From Camelus ferus (Eukaryota), in NCBI RefSeq assembly GCF_009834535.1, contig NC_045696.1, positions 67,086,001-67,150,000 on the forward strand: a DNA stretch of 64,000 nucleotides. Direction: 5' to 3'. The notes beneath the pieces are model-generated. The model was not told where the DNA came from. It did no database searches and saw only the letters and a program-made list of their open reading frames with translations. The position numbers were made by a program, and so were the translations under genes. Positions 13,741 to 26,603 of this stretch are shown one piece after another (the stretch's first letter is position 1; each line of letters begins with the position of its first letter).

Positions 13741-15449
13741 ATGTGACATTTCTGGACAAAAAAGGTGACTGGCCAGTGTCTAAACTCTGCATTCAAAGGA
13801 GGATTATATGCAATGGAGACAAGATTCTAAGTTCTACCCTGAGTTCTACACATGCCTTAGTGACATGATTGTAGCCTTTTTGTTTGTCAAAAAAATGTCT
13901 GAGGCCAACTTAAGGACAGAGGCTGTAATTTTGCTGTGTCGACCTCAGCGTTGAAACCAAGGCGCGTTTGCATGAGACAGTAATCACTTAACTGCCTCGC
14001 TCCTAAGAACACGAATATTTTGGCCCTTCCAGACAGGCTCGGGAATGTGATTAGGAGCCATTTGAAAAATGACACCCCACAGTCAAATGGAGCTTTGTGG
14101 CTGCCTCTTCAATCCCAGCTTCTGATCCTTTAAAACCTCCTTTAGAAACATTTTTTTTCTTTGCTTGTGTATGTTTATAAAAAAGCGAGAATAAGAACTC
14201 TTCTGAAGCTACACTTACCTGCCAAATTATCCAATATTTAGGCAATATTCAAGTCTCTGTGTTTAAAATAAACCTAAAATCTTCCTATCAAATCAGCCAG
14301 TGAAGGTCTGTGCTAGATTGTGTGGCCAGTCATCATGTGTTGCTCAGTGCACACCACATGAATGACTTGACGAGTTTTGTCCTCATTTCTGGTCTTCCCC
14401 ATGGCTTGCTGATTCTTTAGAGACAGCATCTGTCTCAGGCGATGTTTCCACAGCGCCATCACTAGCTAACAGAATCTCAGGCTAGGAACCTAATGTGGGA
14501 CCCTCTCTTTACAGTTCTCTGCCAAATGGCTCTGGAATTTGTGCTTGAAAACTGTCTCTACAAAGATCTTACTAACTAGGAGGAGTTCATCCCATCTTTG
14601 AACAACACTGTTTAGTTGACCTTATGAAATCACCTTTCCTGGAACTCCCATAAGATCGGCCCTAATCTCACCCTCAGAGCACAGGTATAACCGCCTCCGC
14701 ATGCCCGCTCTTCAGATGTGTGAAGACGCTACAGCTGATTCCACTTAGATCTTCCGCAGGTGACTCCCTCACAAGAAGAGGTTTCAGCCCTGGTCCCTGG
14801 AGATTCCTCTGATTGTTGGTGTCACTGGAAAGTCTGGTCCCTAGATTGATGACCTGCCATCTGGATATTTTCTTATGAGACACAAAGAGCAGGGCCATTG
14901 ACCAGCTCCCACCTCAGGTGATGTGAGCCCCCCAGCTCATTCCTTGATCTTATATGTTCCATTCTGCTTTCAAAGTTACCTCTCCATTTATTCTTTCATG
15001 AAGCTCATACGCTCATTATATTGTCTGTCCTTCACCCGTGCTATTAAAATGTGTAGCACATACGGTATTTCCAACACAGAAAACAGAGATACACAAAGAA
15101 AATGATAATACATTTGTTTATAATCTTCATTGAAGTCCTAGTTCTGCCTAGTGGCAAAAATAACAATTTTTGCCATTCTGGGTAAACTTAGTTACTTTAA
15201 ATTTAAAGTCTGTTCATTCATGATTTCCCTTCTGTTCTTTGCAAGGGTGCCTCTGAGCTTCGAAAAGGCTTATGTTCCATCGTGTAGAAAGCCTCTGGGC
15301 CCAGACTTTTATCAGTGCAAGCTGATACTAGCTAAGCTGTTTGCATTTCTACCTACCACCTTCAATGCCATGTGTTCTATTGTCTTTCTTCCTAACCAAC
15401 CCCTTCACTTATTCACCAGATCCTGCCACCTCCCAACAGCAAAATGGAC

Positions 15450-16375
15450 ATCCCACACTTAACACATCCCAGATCAGTTCCTAATACCTTATAGCCCCAA
15501 GCCTTCTTCTTTCTCAATCTTCCCAAACTCTGGAAATGGCAATTCTATTCGTCTAGTTGCTCAAGCCAAAACGTATGGCCTTGTCTTTGACTTTCTCTTT
15601 CTAAGAGTCCATATTTATCCTATAGTAAAGAGCTGGTGCTCCAACTTCCAAATACATCCAGAGTCCAACCACTCATATTAATCTACACTGTGGCACCCTG
15701 ATCCAAGCCACCATCATAGCTCACCTGGGACCATTGCCTTAGCTTCATTCCTGCTGCCTCTGTTTCCTCCTTGACATCTAGAAACTATTTTCATTCAGAG
15801 CAACTAAAGTGATCCTGTTAAAAATTAAGTCAGATCATGTCACCCCTCTGTACAAAACAGTGGAAGACTTCCCATCTCATTGAGAGTAAGAGCCAAAGTT
15901 TACAGTCACCCACATGGTTCAGTGGGATTTAGATGCATGTGGCCTGCCCAACCTCGACTTCTCCTGTTTGCTCCTTAACTCATTACCTGCAGGTATACTG
16001 GCCAACTTGGTTCCTTAAATGCATTAAACACATTCCTGCCTCAGGACCTTTGCACTGGGTGTTCTCAGGATCCCCATGATTCTCTTTATCATTCTCTTCA
16101 AGTCTGTATTAAATGAGACCTTCCTTGATTACTATATTCAGAATCAACCCCCTCCCTCCAACCCTCTCCACCCAACTTTATTTTTCCATAGCACTCTTCA
16201 ACTTCTTGAGTATTCTTCTGTTGTGTTTATTTCCCCTTCTCTCCCCTCGCTCCCATCACCAAAATGCTTCCTAAAGGTAGAAATTTTCATCTGTTTTTTT
16301 TTTCATTATTTTATCCCAAATGGCTAGAACAGTATCTGGCACTTAGTCAGCACTCAATAAACATTCACTAACTGA
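15450..16375 (+). mobile_element. L2 3' region
   Basis: tctagttgctcaagccaaaa, tcagatcatgtcacccctctg, cctcaggacctttgcact, ending gcactcaataaacattc. Confidence 0.85.
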
Positions 16376-16933
16376 AATCCCACAATCGCCTATGTCCCAT
16401 GTCACGTTCTGCCTTGACACTGCTTTCTTCTGACCATGAGACTTTTCCAAATTCACAGGCTGCTGTCTCTGAACCCTCCAAAGAGAATGCATGGGTCATT
16501 GCCAATACCTTCCATACCACTCAGAGACTGCAGACACTTCTGAGGTATATCTTTGGTCTTTTTCACCCAGACATGATACAGCCCTAATCCTTGTTCATTG
16601 TTGCTCCCTTGTGCTGGACAAAGTACCCTAGAACCTGCCAGAATCCACTCAGTGTGTAGGTTCCTGGCCAGCTGTTGATCTCAGATCACCTCATCTGGGG
16701 AAAGTGCAATCCTTAACCACTCACCTCCTGAGTCTCACTGAGATAACCATTGAGGAACGGAAGTCACTTTCTCAGAAACTCACTAGCTTGTCACCTCTTG
16801 TCTCTATTTCCAGGTTTTTATCTAACCATGGTCAGTATGTTAATATGGAAACCATTCTAGGCGTATTGCTTCTATGGCAAAGGCAATCTATGTCAGAACC
16901 TTCATTATACATTTCTAAAAGATCCAGGCTCTT

Positions 16934-17562
16934 TTTTTTTTAACTTTTTTTTTTTATTGAGTTATAGACATCTTACAATGTTGTGCCAAATTCCAGTGTA
17001 GAGCACAATTTTTCAGTTATACATGAACATACAGACATTCATTGTCACATTCTCTTTCGCTGTGAGCCACCACAAGATCCTGTATATACTTCCCTGTCCT
17101 ACACAGTACAATCTTGTTTTTCTATTCTACATTTTGAAATCCCAGTCTGTCCCTTCCCACCCCCTGTCCCCCAGGCAACCACAAGTTTGTATTCTATGTC
17201 TATGAGTCTGTTTCTGTTTTGTATTTATGTTCTTTTTCTTTTTTTTTTTTTTTTTTAGATTCCACATATGAGTGATCTTATATGGTATTTTTCTTTCTCT
17301 TTCTGGCTTACTTCACTTAGAATGACATTCTCCAGGAGCATCCATGTTGCTGCAAATGGCGTTATGTTGTCAGTTTTTATGGCTGAATGGTACTCCATTG
17401 TATAAATATACCACCACTTCTTTATCCAGTCATCTGTTGTTGGACATATAGGCTGTTTCCATGTCTTGGCTACTGTAAATAGTGCTGCTATGAACACTGG
17501 GGTGCAGGTGTCATTTTGAAGTAGGGTTCCTTCTGGGTAGATGCGCAGGAGCAGGATTCCTG
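16934..17562 (-). mobile_element. 5'-truncated LINE-1 with degenerate TSD
   Basis: Poly(T) at ~16932; L1 ORF2 end at 17255-17497 (MFIAALFTVAKTWKQP...); TSD TAAAAGATCCAGGCTCTT 16916-16933 vs TAAAAGACTCAAGCTCTT 17563-17580 (15/18). Confidence 0.95.
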
Positions 17563-17859
17563 TAAAAGACTCAAGCTCTTATAAGTCCCACAGCATTTTC
17601 TCTGAAGGCTTTCATCTCCCTCATAAGCTTTGAAAAGCCTATTTTGAAACTAAAATATTGGGCCTTTCCTCCTTTGTTTCTGAACCTCAGGTAGTAACAA
17701 CTCACTGAGACTATGAGGCTAAAGAGACTAGTCCCATGATCCCAGAAATTGGAAGGATGCAAACACATTAATTAATATTTTAAGGTCTTATTCCGCTTTC
17801 CAGAAGATAGAATGGTTTGAATTCCTTACCAGGAAGGACCTACTTGAAAAGCATTTCTA

Positions 17860-18438
17860 TTGTATAAATATACCACAACTTCTTCGTCCACTCATCTGTC
17901 AATGGACATTTAGGTTGCTTCCATGTCTTGGCTATTGTATATAGTGCTGCTATGAACATTGGAATATTACTCAGCAATAAAAAAGAATAAAATAAGGACA
18001 TTTGTAGCAACATGGATGGACCTGGAGAATGTCATTCTAAGTGAATTAAGCCGGAAAGAGAAAGAAAAATATCATATGATATCATTCATATGTGGAATAT
18101 TAAAATAAAAAAAAAAAAAGAGGACACTAATGAACTCATCTGCAAAACAGAAACCAACTTGCAGATATAGTAAACAATTTTATGGTTACCAGGGGAAGGG
18201 GGACAGGAAGGGATAAATTTGGGAGTTTGAGATTTGCAAAGGTTAACCACTATATATAAAAATAGATAAAAACCAAATTCCTTCTATATAGCACAGGAAA
18301 CTATATTCAGTATCTTGTAATTACCTTTAATGAAAAAGAATATAAAAATGAATATATATATATGTATATGCATGACTGGGACATTATGTAGTACATCAGA
18401 AACTGGCACATTGTAACTGGCTATACTTCAATTAAAAA
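17860..18438. mobile_element. LINE-1 with 5' inversion (twin priming)
   Basis: Antisense L1 17860-~17962, then sense L1 to the poly(A); TSD AAAAGCATTTCTA at 17847-17859 and 18439-18451. Confidence 0.92.
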
Positions 18439-19837
18439 AAAAGCATTTCTAACCCAAAATTCCCATATCTCCAACCTTTAAATCATCCAGGTGCTTCGGC
18501 TACAGGGTCTAAGACACGTGCTCAGAAGACCCCGTAAGATGCCTTATTCCCACTTTTTCAATCTCCCATCTGGGTGAAATCACAGAACTTATTTCTATCT
18601 GACTTATCTCTGTCTAGGTGAGTTGAAATACTCACGTGTAAGCTGCAAGAATTCTTTTTGGCCCTTGGACTGTCAGGTAGTTATTAGAAGCCCAGTGCAG
18701 AATCACATCACCATGGAGACAGGAGGCCATCCTAGGGGTGCACACTAGGAGGGAATACTGGCAGGCCCAGGATGGAGAGAAAGGGAGCAGTGAGACCTGT
18801 TCAGATTGCATTCATACGTCATTGTGGCATGCCAAACTGGCAAGTAGTGACATCCTTCTGGGTGAAAAAGGAGGATGCTATGAAAAAATGTGCATAAGAA
18901 TAAAGGGCTAGTCCACCTCTACTCACATGCAAGCCAAGGCAGATCTCCACCCTAAGAGCGCCTTCACAAAATTTAAAAATTGAAATTGATACATCATTAT
19001 TAATCAGTTCCTTATTCAAATTGTGCAGTGTTTTTTAGGTTCTGGCCTCTATGCCAGGTGAGTGAGGGGCTGTGCTGGCACATGGGGAATGCCAGGGAAG
19101 TCCCAGGACTGAGGTCAGGCTAAGGTGAATGGTCAGAAGAAGAAAGATAATATTATGGCTCCAATGAGAGGGAATAATGAAGGAACTGGTGAAGAAGAGA
19201 AATCTCAGTGGTTGGAAGAGTCAAGAGACTTTGAGGAGGAAGACTGAACCTGGGATGTCATTTTTATTGCATTTCTAGAACATCTCTCTTCTGCACCCCA
19301 ATTCAGCCATAATCCACTGTGAGCTCAGGTAATGCAAACTCATTTTCATATCAGCAAAAGGGATTAAGAAGGTAAATCTTCAGAGGGAAAATAATATCTG
19401 TGATGTATTTTAAAGCCGAATGCACTATAAATGATTTTTTATCCACTCTTGTATTATTCATGCCTCAGCTCCCTGTCATGGCCATGAATAAATGAAATTT
19501 AACAAATGTTGTTTGGTCCACAGTGGCCCAGAATCACCCTAGAAGCTGAAGATCAGGTGCAACCCATTCGAGGGGCAGCTAGAGTATGAATGTGAAGGCC
19601 TTGGAAAGAATCAAATTCAAAATTAAAAGACTACCTCAATCTTTTCCAATTCCCTTTGGTAAACAAACAAACAAAAATCACACACTCACATTTAATTGCA
19701 TTTGGAATTCAAAGCAAATTAAAGATGGTAACAAAAAGGCAAGCCAGATCAATGGAACAGAGTGCACTGCTGTGTCTTCATGGCACAGGGTTCTCTTGAA
19801 CTTTTATAGACCCTCCTTGGAGAACTAAGGTATAGAT

Positions 19838-20140
19838 CAGTGACTGGTAAACCACGGCCTGCAGCCTGCTTTTATACGTCCCATGAGTGAAGAATGGTTT
19901 TTACATTTTTAAATGGTGCTGAAAAAAAAATCAAAAGAAGAATGATAGTTCATATCATGTAAAAATTATATGGAATTCAGGTTTCAGTGTCCTCAGATGA
20001 AGTTTGATTGGAGCCCAACACTCACCTTATGGGCCATGGCCTGTTTTGTGCTGCAGCAGCAGAGTGGTGTGTGTGCAACAAAATCATGTGGTCCCCTAGT
20101 TCTGAGGTATCCACCATCAGGCCCTGTATAGAAGAAAAAA
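19838..20140. mobile_element. MER58B-like hAT-Charlie element
   Basis: gaatggtttttacatttttaaatgg...aaaagaagaat...aaaattatatggaattcaggtttcagtgtcc. Confidence 0.8.
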
Positions 20141-21239
20141 AAAAAAAGTCCATCTTTCATGTAAACTAATGCTTTCTTTTAAAGATGAGGAAATTAAAAC
20201 CCAAGGAGAAGAAAGATCTCAAGTTCAACCCACTGGCATCCGGCAGAGAAATCTCTAGAAGTCAATCATCGGAACCCCATCTACAGTCTTTTCTCATTAT
20301 ATAAACATGGCCTGACTCCGGGGGACAGGATGGGGGGCCACAGGGAATACAGAGAGCAAGCCAGTGACTGAACAGATTGTAGAAACCAGAGCCACCATTT
20401 CAGGATTTCAGGAGCATAAATGAGGAACGTGTTTCATAAGGAGAGGAGAAGGAAAAACAAACAAACAAACAAAAAACAACACTGAAACTAATTACGAAGG
20501 TGTGCGGCAAAGTCATTCCGGTCCAGCCCACGTCCTGCTGTGAGATGTGGCCATCCAACCTTCTGGTCTGAGCTGAACGCTGCATATCTTTTGGTCCCAG
20601 TACCCAGCAGCTGCTCCTTCTTATTGCTACCTTGCTGCTGCAGTTTCAGAGCCCACAGAAATAGGAGTGCGGGACCCTTCATGTGAGGGAGGGAGGGCAA
20701 TGGGAGAAAACAAAAAAGAAGACTGGGAATGGGGAGAGAGCTGAGCTTGGTTTTCTGCTGGAGGCTACATTTTTAGTTTTATTTTTTTCCGACTGGCACG
20801 CGTCTTCTTTGTTTTGAATAATGGAGATAATTATACATTCAAGGGATCACACTCTAAACCCCCCAAATGATTAAGAAATCTTATTGCAGGCAATCATGAG
20901 AAAATGTAGGGGAGGATTACCCAGAGAGACAATGCAAAGTATACATCTTTGAGTCCCTTGCTTAGCACCGAGACCTAATCACCATCCTCCTCGCTTTCCC
21001 ATGGCCTAATTGTTGATCTCCCAGGCCTCTCCCTGGGCAAGGTGATGTTCCCTCCTAAACCCTGCTCATGTGAAGTCGAGGGTTTGGATGGGTCCCTCTT
21101 GGGAAACTGCTGCCTCAGTGATTTTGATACTGACCTGTAAGCTCCCGTTTACCAGCAACTTGGAGTAGAACAAAAGCTTTCATTATGTTCAGGCTGCAAG
21201 ATTCTTTGTGTAAGGAGAAAAGAACCCTGTATATCATTT

Positions 21240-21810
21240 GCTCAATTCAACAAACAGTCATTGAGCAGCTACCGCAAGGCAGACATTCCTCTAAAAGCTG
21301 GGATAAAACAGTGAAAAAAATACCGTCCCTGACCTCACGGGTCTATGTCTAGTCAAGCCAGATAGATAGACAAAGGAATAGGAAATTTAAACCTGTGTCA
21401 AGGAGGATACAAAAAAAGTAAGTACAGACTGTTCAACGGGGTGGGGAGGCTGCCTAGGTGGAGGAAAGCAATTGGAAGGGTAAGTGGAATTAGCCAGGAA
21501 AAGAGCTTAGAGGAAGCATTTGTCAGGGCGAGGGGACAAGTGTGAAGCCTTGCAGATGAGAGACGTCATGGATTGTTGAGAACACTAGAGTGAGACTGAT
21601 CAAAGCTTGGGGAGGGGAGCAGTAGGCAGGGGGATAGTGAGCAAAGCTGACCAAGGAAGTGGCTGTGAACATGAGCCAGCGCCAACCAGGAAGGGTCTTG
21701 TGAGCCTTCTCCTGAGGATAAGGAAGTCAGGCACAATCCGAAGGCGGTGCAAGAGGCTCAAAATTTCTCAATGACAGTAGGTGATGGGATCAGATTTGCC
21801 ACTTGCTTTT
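21240..21810 (-). mobile_element. L2 fragment
   Basis: attcaacaaacagtcattgagc...ctggggataaaacagtgaa...ccctgacctc; purine-rich body. Confidence 0.7.
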
Positions 21811-21889
21811 TACCATAAAGCAATACCTCCCTGTCCAAGGATTACACATTTGACTCACGATGCCCTCAGCTGCATGGTGTAACAGTAAC

Positions 21890-22130
21890 AATAATGATAA
21901 TAATAGCTAGTACTTATTGTGTTAACATACGTCTGGAGTTGCATTAAGCACTTTACTTGAATTATATAATTGAATCCTTACAATAACCCTCCAAACTAGA
22001 TATTATTATTATTTGTAGCTGACAGATGAGAAAACTGAGGCACAGAGATTGAGTAGCATGCCCAAGAGGGTATAATTCTTAAGGAGAGGAGCTGGAATTT
22101 AAATCCACTGCAACCTGCCTCCAAAGTTCA
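21890..22130 (-). mobile_element. MIR SINE, near full length
   Basis: aatccttacaataaccct...cagatgagaaaactgaggcacagaga...gcccaag. Confidence 0.85.
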
Positions 22131-23685
22131 GGTGAAACATGGGCCTGGGAGGGAAAAAAAAGTCAAATACAATTTCCAACTCTGATTCTCAGTGACTGTG
22201 TGATTGTGGGCTTTCAGTCTCCAGTTTCCTTGTCTTTAAATAAGAAGAATGAGCTACATAATCCTGAATCCTCTTTCTCTGCTCTAATGTTAAGAGACTG
22301 TGTTTCTCATAGATGTCAGTAGAAAAACAGTAGTTCAGGGTAGCCATTTGACTCGTACTGTTCCTAAGGCAAGAAATAGTTATAAGACATCAACCTTAGA
22401 GTTGACTTATGATCTCTTGCAGGGACAATTCCAAATCTTCCTTTCTCTCCCCTCACTCTCTCAGTCTTCTTTCCCAAGGTTTGGAAATCCAGTGACACAG
22501 TGATTTCCATAAACACATGTTGATTGTCAGTGGATCAGAAAATACAATACCAGTAGAACTTCTCCCCCAACATGTCACTGTCATCAGGTTTTGTCCTCTG
22601 TATGGTCTGTCGACAGAGACAATAATCCAGGCTCTGTTTTATCTCTGTCAGTTACACTTTAAGCTGATCAGGGTGAGACTTTTCATTAAAGAAAAATCAA
22701 CAGCTCTGAAAAGGCAGGTGTTAAAAACTAACAAAGGATTCAATGTTAATAATGGCTAAGTTGTGTTTGTTGGATTTGGAGTGGCCAACAGGGAATTTTT
22801 CCTGAATTTACACCATCATCTGTAATATAGAATGGAAGTCTTGATCGGCAGAAAACAAAACAAAAACAAAAACCGGCTAGAGAAGGGCAGAGGACCATTC
22901 CATTTTAGTGTTCTCAGGATGCCAGGATGCCAAGGTTGAGTTGGCTTTTGATACTGGAAACATAACTCAGTGGTCTCAGCTTCAGAATTCTTAGACTTCA
23001 TGGAACCACAGGTTTAAAATCCTGGCAAGCTTGAGTCATGGCTTCAGTCTCTGTTGACTTAGAAAAAAAAAATCTGAAGAGCAAGTGATTTATGTTCTTT
23101 TTGTAGAACTCTCCAACCCCTGGCCACTGAGTGGACTTTAAAATATGCCCAGGGGGACCCTTTATCCATGGACAATCTCTGAGTGCTTATTATTCACTTT
23201 AATAGTGCAGAAGCTCTTTAATCATTGTCTCTGCATTTGCTTTAATCTAGAAACTGTCTATTTATTAGCTCATAATAAGCTTGAAGCTTTTCACCATCTC
23301 ACTGGAGAAAGACTTGTATACATTCAGGAGATGATTCCAAAAAAGTCAGATTGATGTGAGATTAGGATTTGAAGAGACAAAACAGTATAGCAATTAGAGG
23401 GCCGAACTAAAGTTTATTTCTGAGAAGAAGCATTCTATATTTTGTTTTAAGTGGAGTTAAACCATTTTTAACTCCACCCAATATTAACAACTGATGAGTG
23501 AGTAAAGGGATTATTTATTATAAGGAAGAAGTTATCCATTCCAAAGGATTTTCAGCACCGAAGTTTTGAGAAGTTACTCAGAGTGCACATTTGAGGGATA
23601 GTCCTGAAAAAGAAAGTGGTTAAGAAACCAGACAAAGACCATGAGCTACAAAAAAATATTTTTTCCGGGGTTGAGAAATCTCAAA

Positions 23686-23704
23686 TATATATATATATAT
23701 ATAT
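23686..23704. repeat. (AT)n microsatellite
   Basis: atatatatatatatatat run. Confidence 0.9.
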
Positions 23705-24639
23705 GTTTTTCATGGAGAATAATCAGAGCATCAAGAAGAATAACATTCAGGATACAAGGGTACGGGAGCCCAGGATAGCACAAGAGCAAAGCAGCACATG
23801 GTGGACGTACTAAAGAGAAGATGACATTAAAAAGTCCAGAGAGAAGGAACTGAAAGAATGACTCCACCCTGAAATAAAACCATGGAATTCTTGGCTTCTG
23901 GATGACCTGAAGACTGGTGACAGCTGGTCTAACCACTATAATTACTGGGAGCTCTACCTATGGCGTTCCTGATCTGTTGTCTTCCACCTTTCTCTTGGAG
24001 TTGTTTATTATCAAGTAAAATGTTTGTTTCTTCTTCTTTTTTTTTTTTCTTATATAAGAGACTTTAAAGATTACCTAGTCCAACTCATTCCCTTTACAAA
24101 AGAGGAAACCAGGGGCCCGAGAGGTTAAAATGAATTGCTCAGTGTCACCCAAGTAGAGAGTACCCAAGATAGGACTAAAATCCTGGACCTTCTAAAATTC
24201 CCAAACCACACTTCATTCCAAGAGCTCATTCTTCCTCTCAAATAATCACCACTCTCCCCTTAATCATAGTGGTGATTTCTGCAAAGGCAGAAAAACACTG
24301 GAGGCAATTCTTAAATGTTAGATGTTTAAATTTGCATTTGGGAACTACATATCTATATAGAATTACTGGAAATTGAAAGAAAGACAAAATCATCATCTTT
24401 CTTTTCAAGAAGACCCCAACACAATCTTCCAGCATATGTGCTTAAAATTGGTTTTCCTGCCGTGTTAATCACCCATCTTGTTTTTATTTTCTTACCAGAA
24501 ATAGAAGTTAAGGATTCAAAGGATCTTAGAGATCACCTAGACCTACTTTCTTATCTTATGAATGAGAAAGCTGAGGTTCAAAGAGGAAATATCACAAAAT
24601 TACAAAGTACTGGAATTCAAAGAAGCAACAAATACTTAG

Positions 24640-24940
24640 TCAACTTTTTTTAATTGAGAAAAATAAGAGAAGTACAGAAAGTACTCAACTATAATAACCT
24701 CTGTATTTCCCACTACCTATAATTGATAATTTATATTTTTCATATTTCTTTCAAATATTTTATATAAGAAATCAAACTATGTAGATACAGTTGAAATACT
24801 TTTTCCCCAACCCCTAATCTTACTTCCCTCCCTATCAACACAAGGACAGCCAATATTATAAATGTATTGTGAATCCTTGCAATCTACTTTGTGTAATGTC
24901 ACATACTCATATAGGTATCAAAGGACAGTATATTTTCAGC
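24640..24940 (-). mobile_element. Old L1ME-type fragment
   Basis: aagtacagaaag...ataataacctctgtattcccactac...gatacagttgaa. Confidence 0.55.
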
Positions 24941-26269
24941 TTGTGCCAGGGGTGTAGGAATATTACATCAAAACTATTCTGATTTTGTTTGATTGTTTAT
25001 TATTCTTCCTAGAAATATTTAACAGAAAGCTCCTGTAAGACAATAAAATTGTAAACAATTTCAATCTAACACACCTGTTTAACAGACAGGTCAGAGAAGT
25101 TAAACGACTTGCCTCAAGTGATATAGTGTCACCATCCAATGGGAACCCAGGTGTCCTCCCCACTACACCCATCTCCACATTATCTTTTCACTAGAAAACC
25201 CCACCTAGTTGTCCTTTTCCTCTTAAGTCCACTGGATGTTTTTCTTCATCGTTTTTAGAAAGCCACACTTCTCTCCCCCACCTCCATTCAGAAAAGAAAC
25301 TGTTCTAGGGTTGAGAAACTCATATGAGAAACAATACACTCTTTAACTTCACACTTTGTTCTGAACAGCAGGGCAGCCAGGCAGACACCAGGCTCACACA
25401 CCATTATGAATCTGTCAGCAATTAGAATTCTAAACCCTATTTGGTTTTTACTTGCTTCAATCAACTTGTCACTGCAGTGAGGATTATCTGCTTTCTCAAT
25501 ATAAACATCAACAGAAGTGAGGGCGATGGCTTGCGTCCTTGGCCAAGGCACCGCCATGGACAAAGTTAAATAGCACATTCTGCAGACAGGAAGGATCCAG
25601 GGCCTTAAAGGGGCCATAATTAGAGGGGCCAGAGCCTACTCTAGCTTTTGTGTGAGGCTTCAGAATTCCTCTCCTGGGGACAAGAGACATTTTGGGTGAT
25701 GCCAGGAGACTGCTGTTGTCTGCTTCTCTGTTTCCTGTGCTGGAGAAAAGAAGGGGAAAAAATAAAATGCAACCATGCAATGTCTTTACTCGAAACCAAA
25801 GAACCTTGGGGATCATGCCCCTATACCCCTTATTTAAAGGATTAGGAAACTGAGATCCAGAGAGGGAAGGCTGTGGCCAAGGTCAAACCTGTGACAAACC
25901 CACTGTCCTGACTCCTAGCCCTGAGCACTTCTCACTTCATTACACCGCCCTCTTCAGAGTGAGTAAAAGAGACCTGAGTCATAAACCACATTCTCTCCAC
26001 AAATACTCTCACAGTTTTCCATTTGCACACAATGGTGCAAAAGGCCAAGTAACTCGGCAGTCAATGAGGACAGGGCATGCCCAGGGTGCCAGGAACACTA
26101 AGAGAAGAAACTCATTTCACCTCAAATCCACTGAGAAGACAGATAGTGTGTAAATATACAAGTAGAAATTAATTTGATTCCTCTCAACAAGTGATTTTTT
26201 AAAAAAATATAATCTAAGGAATTTAGAGTTAGGCAGGTAAATACAAAGAAAGTTTGGTATCTTCTAGTA

Positions 26270-26490
26270 CAACTAAGAGCTAACATAATGTATATTAACT
26301 TACTTAATCTTCATAACAACTTAAACTTCATAACAACAAGCATTACTATTTCAGCCTTTATTTTACAGATGAAGAAACTGAGGCACAGAGTATTGGGTAC
26401 AGTGCCCAAGGCTATGCATGTGATAATGGCAAAGCTAAGACTTGAACCTAAATGGTCTGGCTCTACAGCCTCCAATCTCAACCACAACAG
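26270..26490 (-). mobile_element. MIR SINE
   Basis: attttacagatgaagaaactgaggcacagag...tgcccaagg...ttgaaccta...gtctggctc. Confidence 0.85.
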
Positions 26491-26603
26491 TAGGGTGACC
26501 ATGCGTCCTGATTTGCCTGGGATGGTCCCAGTTTTAGTAATCCGAGTTCCATGTTCCAGGAAACTCCCCAGTCCTGGACAAACCAGGACAGTTGGTTACC
26601 CTA
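26491..26603. mobile_element. MER81-like hAT-Blackjack MITE inserted at the MIR end
   Basis: Terminal inverted repeats TAGGGTGACCA...TGGTTACCCTA; 113 bp; internally palindromic. Confidence 0.85.

Noticed and set aside
26072..26092. p63/p53 response element at GGGCATGCCC
   Set aside because: Only one perfect half-site with no correctly spaced partner; other candidates (~18825, ~58763) are also imperfect.
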